Source: Candidatus Caldarchaeum sp. (GTDB taxonomy: Archaea > Thermoproteota > Nitrososphaeria_A > Caldarchaeales > Caldarchaeaceae). From it: a stretch of DNA of 64,000 nucleotides. The notes beneath the pieces were generated by a model. The model was not told the origin of the DNA and searched no databases. It saw nothing but the letters and a program-made list of their open reading frames with translations. A program made the position numbers and the translations under genes. Positions within the stretch are counted from its first letter, which is position 1, and the number at the start of each line of letters is the position of its first letter. The stretch lies in contig JAWBRA010000003.1 in assembly GCA_038844785.1 (NCBI GenBank), forward strand, positions 25,383-89,382, in the 5' to 3' direction. Of the stretch, positions 18,205 to 28,049 are shown piece by piece.

Positions 18205-19319
18205 CTAAGCTTTTCCCAGTAATGGAGGTAGGCAGCCTAAACAAAGCACCCTTCCTAACCAAGGACAGTTTGAAGGCGACCCAGCAGGCGGAACGTTGGG
18301 GAAGAACCCTCGACGTCGAAAACTACCAGCAGCTTGTAAAATCTCTCGCTGAAAACAAGCTTACAGAGTCCGAGAAACTTGACTGGGCCTGCATCTACGG
18401 CCTGAGGTTTTTCGAAAAAGCCGGGTTAGACATAATCTATGACGGAGAGCAGCGTCGGATGGAGATGTACGAATATCCTCTGCAGTACGTTGACGGCTTC
18501 CAGTTCCGAGGCGTCGTAAGAGTATGGGACAACGAATACTATAGGAAGGCCGCGGTGGTGGACAGACCTCGTCTCCGCAGAATATACCACCTTGAAGAGC
18601 TGCAGTTCAACAAAAAACATGCGAGAAAACCTCTTAAAGTTCCTGTAACAGCGGCCTACACTCTAGCAGACTGGTCCTTTGACGAATACTACGTCAAAAA
18701 ATCTGTTGGGGATGGTTGGGTTGAAAAACTCCATAACGCGAAGCAAGAATTTGTGCATGACTTGGTGAAAGAGGTTGTGAGGCCGGTTGTTTCAGCCTTG
18801 GCGACGGAGTCAGCTGACTACGTGCAGCTTGACGAGCCGGCAGCGGCCGCTAAGCCTTACGAATCCGAGCTGGTCGTTGAAAGCCTAAACGAGACGGTTA
18901 AAGGGTTGGCATCTAAAGTGGCCGTCCACATCTGCTATACCGATTACAAAGCCCTCTTCCCAGCAATCCTCGAGCTTAAAACAGACGTACTGTCGATATC
19001 GTGCTCAAACGCCGACTTAACCGTTTTAGGAACAGATGAAGAGAGGAGACCGGGCTTCAAGGTGCTTAAAATTTTTAGAGACTATTCCGTGCGGTTCAAA
19101 ATAGCTCCCGGCGTCGTCGACGTCCACACCGATTTTATCGAGCCTCCCGAGCTTGTCAGGGACAGGCTTCTCCACGCCTCCAATTTAATGAAGGACCCGG
19201 ATAAAATTGTAGCGTGCAACGACTGCGGGCTGAGGACAAGAAAATGGGATGCGGCTTTTCAAAAACAGGTGAACCTTGTAAAGGGTGCTGAGATGGCCCG
19301 GGAAGCTTTAGGAGAGTGA
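18201..19319 (+). CDS. metE: Core cobalamin-independent methionine synthase
   Basis: EVGS, DGEQRR.EM, QLDEPA, HICY, GVVDVH, DCGLRT. Confidence 0.85.
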   Translation: MTKLFPVMEVGSLNKAPFLTKDSLKATQQAERWGRTLDVENYQQLVKSLAENKLTESEKLDWACIYGLRFFEKAGLDIIYDGEQRRMEMYEYPLQYVDGFQFRGVVRVWDNEYYRKAAVVDRPRLRRIYHLEELQFNKKHARKPLKVPVTAAYTLADWSFDEYYVKKSVGDGWVEKLHNAKQEFVHDLVKEVVRPVVSALATESADYVQLDEPAAAAKPYESELVVESLNETVKGLASKVAVHICYTDYKALFPAILELKTDVLSISCSNADLTVLGTDEERRPGFKVLKIFRDYSVRFKIAPGVVDVHTDFIEPPELVRDRLLHASNLMKDPDKIVACNDCGLRTRKWDAAFQKQVNLVKGAEMAREALGE

Positions 19320-19321
19320 GG

Positions 19322-19801
19322 TTAAGATTTTTCCTCCTTTTTAGGCTGGGCTTGGACCGCTTTCCTCGAAACACCAACCGTCATGCCCTTCCTGCCTGTC
19401 GTCCTGGTTCTCTGCCCTCTGACCTTCAAGCCCAGCGAATGGCGTATCCCTTTCCAGCTCTTTGTCCTCATCATAAGCTGGATGTCTTCTTTTACAGCTA
19501 GCTCGAGGTCTGCTCCAAGAAGATGAAGGTTTTTGCCCGTAGCGGGGTCGAACCTCCTGTTCAACATCCATGCAGGAATTCCGAAAGCTTCAGGTTTTCT
19601 CGCTACCTGCTCGATTTTCTCAAGCTGTTTCTCCGTCAAAGACCCTATTCTTAACTCTGTGTCTAAGCCAGCGGCTCTTGCAATGGCATAACCAAGGTTT
19701 ATGCCTATACCCTTGACCTTAGCCAAGGCATAAGGGATTTTTAGCGTTCCATCTATGTCCGTGTTCAAAATTCTCACTATGTACTTTAGCTCCTTTGACA
19801 T
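19322..19801 (-). CDS. rps13: 30S ribosomal protein S13
   Basis: IVRILNTDIDG..WKGIRHSLGLKVRGQRTRTTGR. Confidence 0.96.
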   Translation of the reverse strand: MSKELKYIVRILNTDIDGTLKIPYALAKVKGIGINLGYAIARAAGLDTELRIGSLTEKQLEKIEQVARKPEAFGIPAWMLNRRFDPATGKNLHLLGADLELAVKEDIQLMMRTKSWKGIRHSLGLKVRGQRTRTTGRKGMTVGVSRKAVQAQPKKEEKS

Positions 19802-19853
19802 CGGTGGTTGGGTGTAATACGTCTATATAAGCATGCAAAACTAACGTAACGCC

Positions 19854-20621
19854 GTGGGGCTACTAGATGGTAAAAAATGCATAGTGACAGGGGCTACGGG
19901 AAGCGTGGGACGGGCGATTGTAGAGGAATTTTTGAAAGAGGGGGCGTCGGTGGCAGCCGGAGGAAGACGGGTCTCGCTCCTAAAGAGCCTTGCAGAGACT
20001 TGGAGTGCCGGGGCAAAAAATGCTGTGATTACCGATTTTCTGGACGTCTCCGATGAGGCAAGCGTCTCGGCTTTTGTCAACAAAGCATACCAAGCCTTCG
20101 GCGGATTGAATGCCTTGGTTAACGTCGCAGGATACGCGCTGGAGAAAAGCCTTTGGACCAAAAGCTTGGTGGACCATACATTAGATGATGTAGTGAAGGT
20201 GATGAAAGTGGATTTGCTCGGGTCCTTTCTGATGGTTAAACATGTTCTTCCGTTGATGCGAGATGGCGGTGGAGGCGTTATAGTCAACTTCAGCTCAACG
20301 CCAGCCATATCGGGATATGATAAAGGCTTTGCCTACACGCTTGCCAAGGCAGCTGTCATCGGGTTGACCAAACATGTTGCACGGGAGTTTGGAAGGTTTG
20401 GGATAAGGGCTTACACACTGGCTCTCGGCAACATAAAGACAGAAAGAACAGTTTCAGCTTTGACTCCGGAACAATACCGTGCTTTAGCGGAGGAGAGCTC
20501 GTTCGGCAGGTGGGGGAGGGTTGAGGAAGTTGCTTCAGTGACCGCGTTCCTTTGTTCCGACAAAGCATCCTATATAAACGGACAGACTATAATCGTCGAT
20601 GGCGGAACAGTCATGCTGTAG
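19854..20621 (+). CDS. SDR family oxidoreductase
   Basis: TGATGSVG, NVAG, YTLAK. Confidence 0.9.
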   Translation: MGLLDGKKCIVTGATGSVGRAIVEEFLKEGASVAAGGRRVSLLKSLAETWSAGAKNAVITDFLDVSDEASVSAFVNKAYQAFGGLNALVNVAGYALEKSLWTKSLVDHTLDDVVKVMKVDLLGSFLMVKHVLPLMRDGGGGVIVNFSSTPAISGYDKGFAYTLAKAAVIGLTKHVAREFGRFGIRAYTLALGNIKTERTVSALTPEQYRALAEESSFGRWGRVEEVASVTAFLCSDKASYINGQTIIVDGGTVML

Positions 20622-20675
20622 AGAAAATCGGGAAACCTTATTAATCAGGTGAACGTCATACGCGTCGGAGCTGTA

Positions 20676-20996
20676 ATGGCGATTCAAGGCCTCGAATGGA
20701 TCGTCGTCGCCATAGTGATTTTAGTGTTGTTCCTTTGGGGGCCTGAAAAACTTCCCAAAATAGCGAAGTCAATAGGTCAGGCGAAGAGGGAGTTTGAAAA
20801 AGCTTCAAGGGGGTTGGAGGACGAGCTTAACCGAGCTGCCGCTCTCCAGACTTCGGCCGCCACGCCACAGCCTTCAGCACCGTCCGCCGACGACAAGCTG
20901 CTGGAGGTGGCGAGGGCTCTAAACATAACTACCGAAGGCAAAACCAGGGATGAGATAGCTAAAGAAATAATTGAAAAATCTCGGAAAACTGGTTAA
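20676..20996 (+). CDS. tatA: Twin-arginine translocase TatA
   Basis: TM followed by LWGPEKLPKIAKSIGQAKREF. Confidence 0.92.
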   Translation: MAIQGLEWIVVAIVILVLFLWGPEKLPKIAKSIGQAKREFEKASRGLEDELNRAAALQTSAATPQPSAPSADDKLLEVARALNITTEGKTRDEIAKEIIEKSRKTG

Positions 20997-21026
20997 CGTT
21001 ATATTTCGTTGGTTTCTTTGGGATAG

Positions 21027-21902
21027 GTGGCGGGGGCTTTGAGCAAAGATAAGGAAATGCCGTTAATCGAGCATCTGAGGGAGCTCAAAGACAGGGTTAA
21101 AGTCGTCATAATCTCCTTCATCATAGCTCTTATCTTCTGGCTTGCGTTTCCAGCCAACCTCAACCCTACATCGTTCAACCCCGACTTTTACGAGCCAATG
21201 GTTTCGCTGGTGTTGAAGAGGATAGTCGCAGACATAGGCGGCGGCAGGCTGGTCATAATAGGGTGCAGCGTGACGTCTCCCTTCGAGATAATCTTCCTGG
21301 CCGCCGCCTTCTTAGCCGTTGCAACGATAATGCCTGTCATAGGTTATGAAACATACGCCTACATAGACCCCGCCCTTTATCCGCACGAGCGGAAACTTAT
21401 CTACGGCTTTACAGCGGGTTTTTTCGCTCTCTTCACCGCCGGAGCGGTTTTTGGATATTTTGTTGCAGCGCCTTTGGTCATGAGGGCTATGGTGTTCTTC
21501 TTCGAGCTTGCTGGAATAAACCCGACTGTCTGCGCCATGGATTTTTACAGCATGATTTTCACTACCGTTTTGTTGATTGGAGTTGTTTTCACCGCCCCCG
21601 CCATCGTGGTTCTCCTTGTTAGGTTCGGGTTGTTGAACACCGAAACCATAACAAAAAACAGGCTTTACATATACGGCATTCTATACATAATAGTGGCTTT
21701 CATAACGCCTGACGGCTGGCTTGTTGGAAACGCGGTCCTTTTTCTTCCGTTGGTGGCGTTGATAGAATCTTCGATCTTTGTCGCCCGAAGAGTTGAGAAG
21801 TCAAGGGGCCTTGACACAGGAGGCTCACACTGCAAGTTCTGCGGAGCTCGAATGGCTGAGGGGCAGGTTTTCTGCGGAAAATGTGGAAGAGCCCAAGAGT
21901 AA
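21027..21902 (+). CDS. tatC: Twin-arginine translocase TatC with C-terminal zinc ribbon
   Basis: MPLIEHLREL, PALYPHER, AFITPD; tail CKFC..CGKC. Confidence 0.93.
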   Translation: MAGALSKDKEMPLIEHLRELKDRVKVVIISFIIALIFWLAFPANLNPTSFNPDFYEPMVSLVLKRIVADIGGGRLVIIGCSVTSPFEIIFLAAAFLAVATIMPVIGYETYAYIDPALYPHERKLIYGFTAGFFALFTAGAVFGYFVAAPLVMRAMVFFFELAGINPTVCAMDFYSMIFTTVLLIGVVFTAPAIVVLLVRFGLLNTETITKNRLYIYGILYIIVAFITPDGWLVGNAVLFLPLVALIESSIFVARRVEKSRGLDTGGSHCKFCGARMAEGQVFCGKCGRAQE

Positions 21903-21906
21903 ACCG

Positions 21907-22215
21907 TTAAACAGCTTTCCTCAAACCTTTTATCGTCCCAGAGACTTTGACCGTTCTGATGACGGTGTAGACATTTTTTAAGTTTCTTACGAGTGAGATC
22001 GCAAGAATCAGTTTCGGAAGCCACTCTTTGTAACATGATAGAAACAGATTAGAGCCTATGGTTCCTTTTTTAAAGCCCGAGTCCACTAAACCTGTTTTTC
22101 CATATAGCTCGTAGAAACATTCTCTCACCGCCTCTGAAACGTCTTCCAAGCTTGCTTCCGACGACGGTTTGACTATGACGTAACGTCGTTTCAGGCGGAG
22201 GGTTCTAGCGCTCAA
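21907..22215 (-). CDS. rnp2: RNase P protein Pop5/Rpp14
   Basis: RLKRRYVIV..LYGKTG..VSGTIK. Confidence 0.85.
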   Translation of the reverse strand: MSARTLRLKRRYVIVKPSSEASLEDVSEAVRECFYELYGKTGLVDSGFKKGTIGSNLFLSCYKEWLPKLILAISLVRNLKNVYTVIRTVKVSGTIKGLRKAV

Positions 22216-22810
22216 GTTTCTCTCTCACCAGCTTCAGCGGAATTGTTGAAACAGCGTCCAGGTCGGGTGCTTGAACCTCCTTCATAGCGGAAAGCACGTA
22301 CGCCAGCTGTTTGGGAGGCATGAGCTCTTCAGCGCCAGCCGCACCGCTGGAAATAACTAACGGTATCTGAAAACGTGCAGCCGTCTTGCATAGTTTCTGG
22401 AGGTTTCTCCATTTTCTCAAGTCTTTAAAAGCTTCAGCCAGCTCGGAGACGGTTATCTCAAGGATGTTGTCGAAAACCTGAAGAACGTGCCTGTCCAGCT
22501 CTGCAATCTCGCCGTGGGCCATCACCGTGCCAACCCTTCTGTCCCTTGCGGCAACCATCAACGCCTCACGGGTCAAAGGCTTCACCCCTATCAACAGCTT
22601 CCTGTCAACAGCTCTCAGACGCTGCAAAAGCTCAGAACGCGACCTAGCTTCTACAACCGCTTTCCCGTAGACAGACAATCCATGAATGCTTAAAACCGAC
22701 ATGTTTTTCAGGTCAGTCGTGCAGACATGCTTAAAACCCAACGCCACAAGGGTTTCCGCTGTTCTCGGGTCGATTTTCGTGACATAAAGGTCTACGTACT
22801 CTCTACCCAA
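22205..22810 (-). CDS. rnp3: RNase P protein Rpp30
   Basis: YVDL..PLVISSGA..LMPP; adjacent to Pop5. Confidence 0.75.
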   Translation of the reverse strand: MGREYVDLYVTKIDPRTAETLVALGFKHVCTTDLKNMSVLSIHGLSVYGKAVVEARSRSELLQRLRAVDRKLLIGVKPLTREALMVAARDRRVGTVMAHGEIAELDRHVLQVFDNILEITVSELAEAFKDLRKWRNLQKLCKTAARFQIPLVISSGAAGAEELMPPKQLAYVLSAMKEVQAPDLDAVSTIPLKLVREKLER

Positions 22811-23196
22811 CGGAAAACCTCCCTCCAGTCGCCTTCGTAGCTGAACTCCATTTTAACCGGGTCAACGTCCTCTGCCACTATCTCTCCCTTGAAAGCCTTT
22901 TGCTTGTCAAGCCGTATGTGAAACTTTCCGGTTTCCGGAGATTTTTGCTCAACACCCAGAACCCCGACACCTAAGTGAGACAGGATTTTCTTAAAAACCG
23001 AGGCTACTTCAGACTCGTTCAAAACCTCATACTCTAAAGCGTATATGGCGTCTCCGTAATGACCCTCCATTTTAGTCTCTTTGACGGAAAATTTGACGCC
23101 GTTGAGGATGTTCTCAACAGATTTCTTCACCTTCTCCAGATCTTCGGTGGCGTAGCAGTGGACCCTGCATTTTAGCCGTACGAGCCTCAGCATCAA
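22792..23196 (-). CDS. DUF54 family predicted RNA-binding protein
   Basis: YATEDLEKV..GHYGDAI..IRLDKQKAF. Confidence 0.85.
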   Translation of the reverse strand: MMLRLVRLKCRVHCYATEDLEKVKKSVENILNGVKFSVKETKMEGHYGDAIYALEYEVLNESEVASVFKKILSHLGVGVLGVEQKSPETGKFHIRLDKQKAFKGEIVAEDVDPVKMEFSYEGDWREVFRWVEST

Positions 23197-23268
23197 GCTG
23201 TGTTAAGCCGTCTTCCCTAATAGGTTTTCAACTTTAAGAGCTACCTGTAGAGGAAAACAAGCAGGCTT

Positions 23269-23694
23269 ATGTCCTTCTACAGGATGTTGAACAGGTATTG
23301 GCGTGAAAGGCCCGAGTCGCTGGTCACAGCTATGAGGGGGCGTTTGGTTGAATGGCGGAAAGAGAAAAGCGTGGTCAGAGTTGACAAGCCGCTGAGGCTT
23401 GACAGGGCGAGAAGCATCGGTTACCGCGACAAACAGGGCTATGTTGTTCTGCGTGTTAGAGTCAGGAGGGGGGGTTTCAGCAAGCCCAGGCCAAGGTCGG
23501 GAAGAAGGCCTAAAGCCTTGGGTGTGGTTAAACACAAGGTTAACATCTCACTTAAAGAGGAAGCCATTCAGAGGGCGTTGAAAAAATATCCCAACTTAAA
23601 GGCTTTAGGAGCATATCCTCTGGCGTCTGACGCCATGTACAAATGGTTTGAAGTGGTCGCCGTGGACCCAAGCCATCCATCTGTTAAACTCTAA
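23269..23694 (+). CDS. rpl15e: 50S ribosomal protein L15e (C-terminally short)
   Basis: RLDRARSIGY..GRRPKALG..KWFEVVAVDPSHP. Confidence 0.92.
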   Translation: MSFYRMLNRYWRERPESLVTAMRGRLVEWRKEKSVVRVDKPLRLDRARSIGYRDKQGYVVLRVRVRRGGFSKPRPRSGRRPKALGVVKHKVNISLKEEAIQRALKKYPNLKALGAYPLASDAMYKWFEVVAVDPSHPSVKL

Positions 23695-23727
23695 AAACTA
23701 TCATCCATGGATAATTTTTGGTAGTCG

Positions 23728-24936
23728 ATGGAGTTAGCTGGAATAGTTGGGAAGCCTAACGTAGGTAAAAGCACTCTTTTCTCCGCGCTCAGCATGACGG
23801 AAGTCGAGATAGCAAACTATCCCTTCACAACAAAAAAAGCGAACGTCGGCGTCACTTACCTAAGGCTGGAATGCATCTGTAAAAAGCTAGGGGTTAAGGA
23901 CAACCCTCGAAACTCCCTGTGTATCGACGGCGTTAGGTTGGTGCCAATCCAGATAATTGACTGCCCTGGAATTATTCAGGACGCACATAAGGGGAAAGGC
24001 TTGGGGCTGCAGTTCTTGGACGAGATAAGACAGGCCTCTGCCTTGATAATCGTAGCAGACGCATCTGGCAGCACGTCAGCCGACGGCACCCCGTCGGAGC
24101 CAAGCTCCCACAACCCAGTTGAAGACGTTCTGATCGTTTTAAGAGAGTTCGACATATGGGTGCGAGAGATCATGGCCAAGCACTGGCCGAGAATTTCAAG
24201 AGGAGCTGAGGCGAGACAATTCAGCCTTGTCGCGGAGATAGCGAAAACGCTTTCGGGGCTTGGGGCCTCCGAAGCGGTTGTTCAAGAGGCTGTCAACAGC
24301 ACTGGGTTGAACGTTTCCAAGCCCACGTCATGGAGCTTAGATGATCTTCACAGACTGGCTTCCGAGGTTAGGGCTAGGACCAAACCTGTTGTGGTAGCAG
24401 CTAACAAATGCGACATACCCGGCTCTGAGGCTGGTGTTGAGAGGTTGAGGAAGGCTGGGTTCGATGTTGTGCCTTGCTCCGCCGAAGCGGAGAGAATGCT
24501 GAGGCTAGCAGCCTCAAAAAACCTCGTCAGATACACCCCAGGCGACCCTGACTTCCAGATTGTGGAGAAGGCCGTTTTGACGGAAGCCCAGAGGAAGGCG
24601 TTGAAGAAAATAAGGGAGATGGTTTTTGAAAGATGGGGTAACACCGGGGTTCAGCAGCTCGTAAACAAGGTTTACCTGGAAAAGCTCCAGTACATCCCTG
24701 TCTATCCCGTGGAAAACCCCCACAACCTCTCGGACCGTGAAGGAAATGTGCTGCCCGACGTATACCTCATGCCTAAAAACTCAACCCCAAGAGACCTAGC
24801 ATTCAAAATCCACTCAGACCTAGGTGAAGGGTATTTGTATTCAGTCGACGCCGTTACTGGGTTGAGGCTTGGCGACGACCATGTCTTAAAACCTAATCAA
24901 GTGGTTTCAATCGTTTCAGCCAAAAAAAGAGGTTAG
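23728..24936 (+). CDS. ychF: YchF/OBG-family translation-associated NTPase
   Basis: GKPNVGKST, NYPFTT, DCPG, NKCD, TGS-like tail. Confidence 0.92.
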   Translation: MELAGIVGKPNVGKSTLFSALSMTEVEIANYPFTTKKANVGVTYLRLECICKKLGVKDNPRNSLCIDGVRLVPIQIIDCPGIIQDAHKGKGLGLQFLDEIRQASALIIVADASGSTSADGTPSEPSSHNPVEDVLIVLREFDIWVREIMAKHWPRISRGAEARQFSLVAEIAKTLSGLGASEAVVQEAVNSTGLNVSKPTSWSLDDLHRLASEVRARTKPVVVAANKCDIPGSEAGVERLRKAGFDVVPCSAEAERMLRLAASKNLVRYTPGDPDFQIVEKAVLTEAQRKALKKIREMVFERWGNTGVQQLVNKVYLEKLQYIPVYPVENPHNLSDREGNVLPDVYLMPKNSTPRDLAFKIHSDLGEGYLYSVDAVTGLRLGDDHVLKPNQVVSIVSAKKRG

Positions 24937-25262
24937 ACTCCTTCCCTAAAATAATGGCCTAGTTGTTTTCTGCTTCCGAAGCTTCTTATACCCTTGCTCC
25001 GCAGCTGCTTTGACAGTTCGGCCGCCTCTTCAGCTGTTATCTCACCCCTTTTCAGCAGGAATTCGATGACCTCCTCTCCTTGCTCATCTGTGTCGCAGCG
25101 TCTAAGATAATCTATCGCCGTAGGAAGCCTGGTAGACGCCAGGCTTTCCGCCAGCTCAGCACTACTTCTTACGCCAGAAACACGAGTCCTAACACCGCCA
25201 TACATGATCTCGCGGAACAGCGCGGGAAACCTTCGTCTAAACTCTTCCACATCCATCTCCAT
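24933..25262 (-). CDS. DUF2095 family protein
   Basis: EEFRRRFPAL..PTAIDYLRRC..GIRSFGS. Confidence 0.8.
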   Translation of the reverse strand: MEMDVEEFRRRFPALFREIMYGGVRTRVSGVRSSAELAESLASTRLPTAIDYLRRCDTDEQGEEVIEFLLKRGEITAEEAAELSKQLRSKGIRSFGSRKQLGHYFREGV

Positions 25263-25265
25263 GAG

Positions 25266-25877
25266 TCACGACCCTGTTTTCTGCTCGACGGCTACAGGCT
25301 GCAGCATTCCAATCTTCAAAACCTTACTCTTGACTATTCCGACATGGCGGGGAAGAACTATTTTCTTAACTTGGTTATAGATGTCTGACGCGGTTTTGCC
25401 TAGGACCATCTCCTGAGCCAGCTGGTCATGTGTAAGGTTTGAAGCAGCTTCCTCCAAGATTCTACGCATAATCATACGGATCGCTTTCTTCTTAGACGAC
25501 GACGTACGCGACGTGGTGAAAACGGTTGGGTAAACTCGAAGGCTGAACCCGTCTTTCGTTACAACGTCAAAGATGTACTCTATCTTGTTGGTTCCTCTTT
25601 TAACAAGGCTGCGCAGGTATTCTCTTCCGTATTGATGGCCGTAAAAAACTGTGTTGCAGATGCTGTCTTTCACGTCAATAATTTTGAAGTTTATGAGCAT
25701 GTACTGTTTGGTAAAATCGTCAGTTATTGCGTAAAGGCTTGTTCTCAACACCCTGCCTATGAGCTTTGATGGGTCGTCAGCCATGGTGCTGCCCAGCCAT
25801 CTCCCGCCGAAGTATGGCGGCGAGTAGATTTCAAACGTCTTTTTAGGCTTCTTCTGTTCGGAAGACTTCTTAGACAA
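25266..25877 (-). CDS. rps3ae: 30S ribosomal protein S3Ae
   Basis: YSPPYF..REYLRSLVKRGT..TKDG. Confidence 0.93.
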   Translation of the reverse strand: MSKKSSEQKKPKKTFEIYSPPYFGGRWLGSTMADDPSKLIGRVLRTSLYAITDDFTKQYMLINFKIIDVKDSICNTVFYGHQYGREYLRSLVKRGTNKIEYIFDVVTKDGFSLRVYPTVFTTSRTSSSKKKAIRMIMRRILEEAASNLTHDQLAQEMVLGKTASDIYNQVKKIVLPRHVGIVKSKVLKIGMLQPVAVEQKTGS

Positions 25878-25919
25878 CCCTTCTCAACCTGTTTACGGAC
25901 AGCTATATATTTGTCGTCC

Positions 25920-26189
25920 CTATACGCTCTTTAACATTTTATAGATTTTCTCTGATAGCGCGGCCATGCTCAGGACATCGTCCAACGTGGCTAGCAGCGA
26001 AGCCAGCATTCTTCTGCATTCGACGGTGACGACTACCGTGTTGCCATCCAGCGAAGTTTCCACCTCGAGGCCCTTCGGCAAAGGCTTGTCGTCCGGCTTT
26101 ATTGAGCTGTACACGGCCTGAGCCGTTTCCGCGTCTTCAAAAACCATTCTAACCACTGACTTGGCTGGCGGTGCTGGCAAGCTGTTCAC
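25920..26189 (-). CDS. pcc1: KEOPS subunit Pcc1
   Basis: AVYSSIKPD..LASLLAT; conserved position before rps3ae; true start may be downstream. Confidence 0.8.
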   Translation of the reverse strand: MNSLPAPPAKSVVRMVFEDAETAQAVYSSIKPDDKPLPKGLEVETSLDGNTVVVTVECRRMLASLLATLDDVLSMAALSEKIYKMLKSV

Positions 26190-27600
26190 CCAGGGCCCTG
26201 TCGAGGTCTGCGAGAAACCTTATTATCCTGTCGGAGGGGATTTCAGCTCCAGCCGCTACGTTATGCCCTCCACCCTTGCCTCCGTAGGATGCGGCTAGGC
26301 GGGAGAGAAGCGTTCCCAGGTTTACCCCTCTGTCAACCAACTGTTTGGGTGCACGTGAAGAGATTTTGACCATCTTCCCAGCTGTCGCAAAAGCCACCAA
26401 AGCCTTGTCAGACGGCAGAAGACCTGAAGAAGAAATTATGGAGGCTATTGAGCTCACCTGCTTCTCATCTATCACGTCGCCGCCTTTCAGAACTATTATA
26501 TGGTTTAACTCTTCGATGACGCCTGGCCGCGCTACGTAATCCATTGCCCGTGCAAGGCTGGCGCGGTACTCCTCCAACACCCTCTGAGCTTCTTCTAAGA
26601 CCTCGGCCCTAGCCCCCATCGCGACGACTATTCCCAGCCACGGTTTCCCAGTTTTACCGCAGGCGTTCAACAATGTTGCGAATTCTCTGGCATCCCTTAG
26701 GTACGTCCATAGCTCTTCCTTAACAAGGTCATAGGCTACTCCCACGAGCTCCTCCGCTATGCTTGATGGCAGGCCGTTGGAAACGAGGTATTCTATAAGC
26801 CCGTTGTAAAGTTTTTTCTTCTCTTCCTCCGTAAGGTCGGATAAGGTGCGCCATTGCTCCCCCTCTTTCAACGGCAGCCCCAAGCTTGATAAAAAGCTGT
26901 AGCAAGCATCTTCGCGACCGCTCAACCCAGGGATGTAAGGGCTTGTTGTTGAAGCAAGCGCCGCATGCAATGGTCTGAAGGTTCGGCCGTACAGGATGAT
27001 GTCTTCACACGCCTCGAGAACGCCTGCTCTAACTCCATCTTCCACTATCAAGCTGTTCAACCCGTGAAGCCTTCTGCGGTTGTCCTTATCCTGCAAGTCT
27101 CCCAAAGCACCCACCACGGCCACAGCTGAGTAACGTATGTTGGACGGGTTCAATGCTTTGCATACAAGATATGCCACGCCTGCAGCGCTTATCTCTCTGG
27201 CTCCGTCAAACCCATAGTGATGGGGGTTGACATGCACCCATCCGCTCGGCGTTTCAACATCCCTAGGCTCGTGATGGTCGAGTATCACAACCTGCTTGCC
27301 AGCAAGAAGTTTCGAAAGATCTTCGAGATAGCCGCTGCCGATGTCGGTGAATATCAAGGCCTCCGATTCGACGTATCCTTCGTTAAGGAGCTGGATGAAG
27401 TCGTCTATCCTGTTGAGAGACCTGACTCTGTACCGAGCGTCCTCTTCTCTTAAAGCGCCCGCCACTATCCCTGCGGAAGAAAGGGCGTCAGCGTCGTTGT
27501 GCGTGAAAATGTCTATGAAAAAGCCTTCTCTAACCCAGTTTCTTATCTTAGCGGAGGCGGCCTCAACCGATTTGAAGAACCGAGCCGTATCGCCTGTCAA
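26149..27600 (-). CDS. RecJ/GAN-like DHH phosphoesterase
   Basis: HNDAD, FTDIGSG, ILDHH, GGGHNVAAGA. Confidence 0.92.
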   Translation of the reverse strand: MTGDTARFFKSVEAASAKIRNWVREGFFIDIFTHNDADALSSAGIVAGALREEDARYRVRSLNRIDDFIQLLNEGYVESEALIFTDIGSGYLEDLSKLLAGKQVVILDHHEPRDVETPSGWVHVNPHHYGFDGAREISAAGVAYLVCKALNPSNIRYSAVAVVGALGDLQDKDNRRRLHGLNSLIVEDGVRAGVLEACEDIILYGRTFRPLHAALASTTSPYIPGLSGREDACYSFLSSLGLPLKEGEQWRTLSDLTEEEKKKLYNGLIEYLVSNGLPSSIAEELVGVAYDLVKEELWTYLRDAREFATLLNACGKTGKPWLGIVVAMGARAEVLEEAQRVLEEYRASLARAMDYVARPGVIEELNHIIVLKGGDVIDEKQVSSIASIISSSGLLPSDKALVAFATAGKMVKISSRAPKQLVDRGVNLGTLLSRLAASYGGKGGGHNVAAGAEIPSDRIIRFLADLDRALGEQLASTASQVSG

Positions 27601-27614
27601 ACTTTCTCAACCAA

Positions 27615-28049
27615 TCATGCTTTTAATGGGTCATACTCTAATGGCAGCACGCCACGCGACTGGTAGTATTTTGTTAACCTTCTAACCTTCGACTCGATCA
27701 GCTGAAGCCTGTGGATGTTATGACCGTCTGATTTATGCTTTTCAAGATGCAGCCTCATTCTCCTGATTTTTTCAAGAAGGTTTGAAAGATCTTCTGGAAT
27801 AGGCGGCTTCACCTTGTTTTCCTCCAGTATCTGCAAAATTGTTTTGCCGGTAACAAGCTTTACAAGCGGGACCGCGTACTGGTCTCTGAGAACAACCCCT
27901 ATTTTACTCGGCGGCAGCCCTTCCCTCGCAAGCTTCACAACCAACGCCTCAACCTCCTCCGGAGTCAGCTTAACCCAGGAGGGGGGAAGCTTGCTTAACG
28001 GTCTTTTAGACCCGGACCTGCCCCGTCTTGAGGTATGCATCCTAGCCAT
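27615..28049 (-). CDS. rps15: 30S ribosomal protein S15 (S13e)
   Basis: MARMHTSRRGRSGSKRP..IPEDL..LIESKVRRL. Confidence 0.96.
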   Translation of the reverse strand: MARMHTSRRGRSGSKRPLSKLPPSWVKLTPEEVEALVVKLAREGLPPSKIGVVLRDQYAVPLVKLVTGKTILQILEENKVKPPIPEDLSNLLEKIRRMRLHLEKHKSDGHNIHRLQLIESKVRRLTKYYQSRGVLPLEYDPLKA

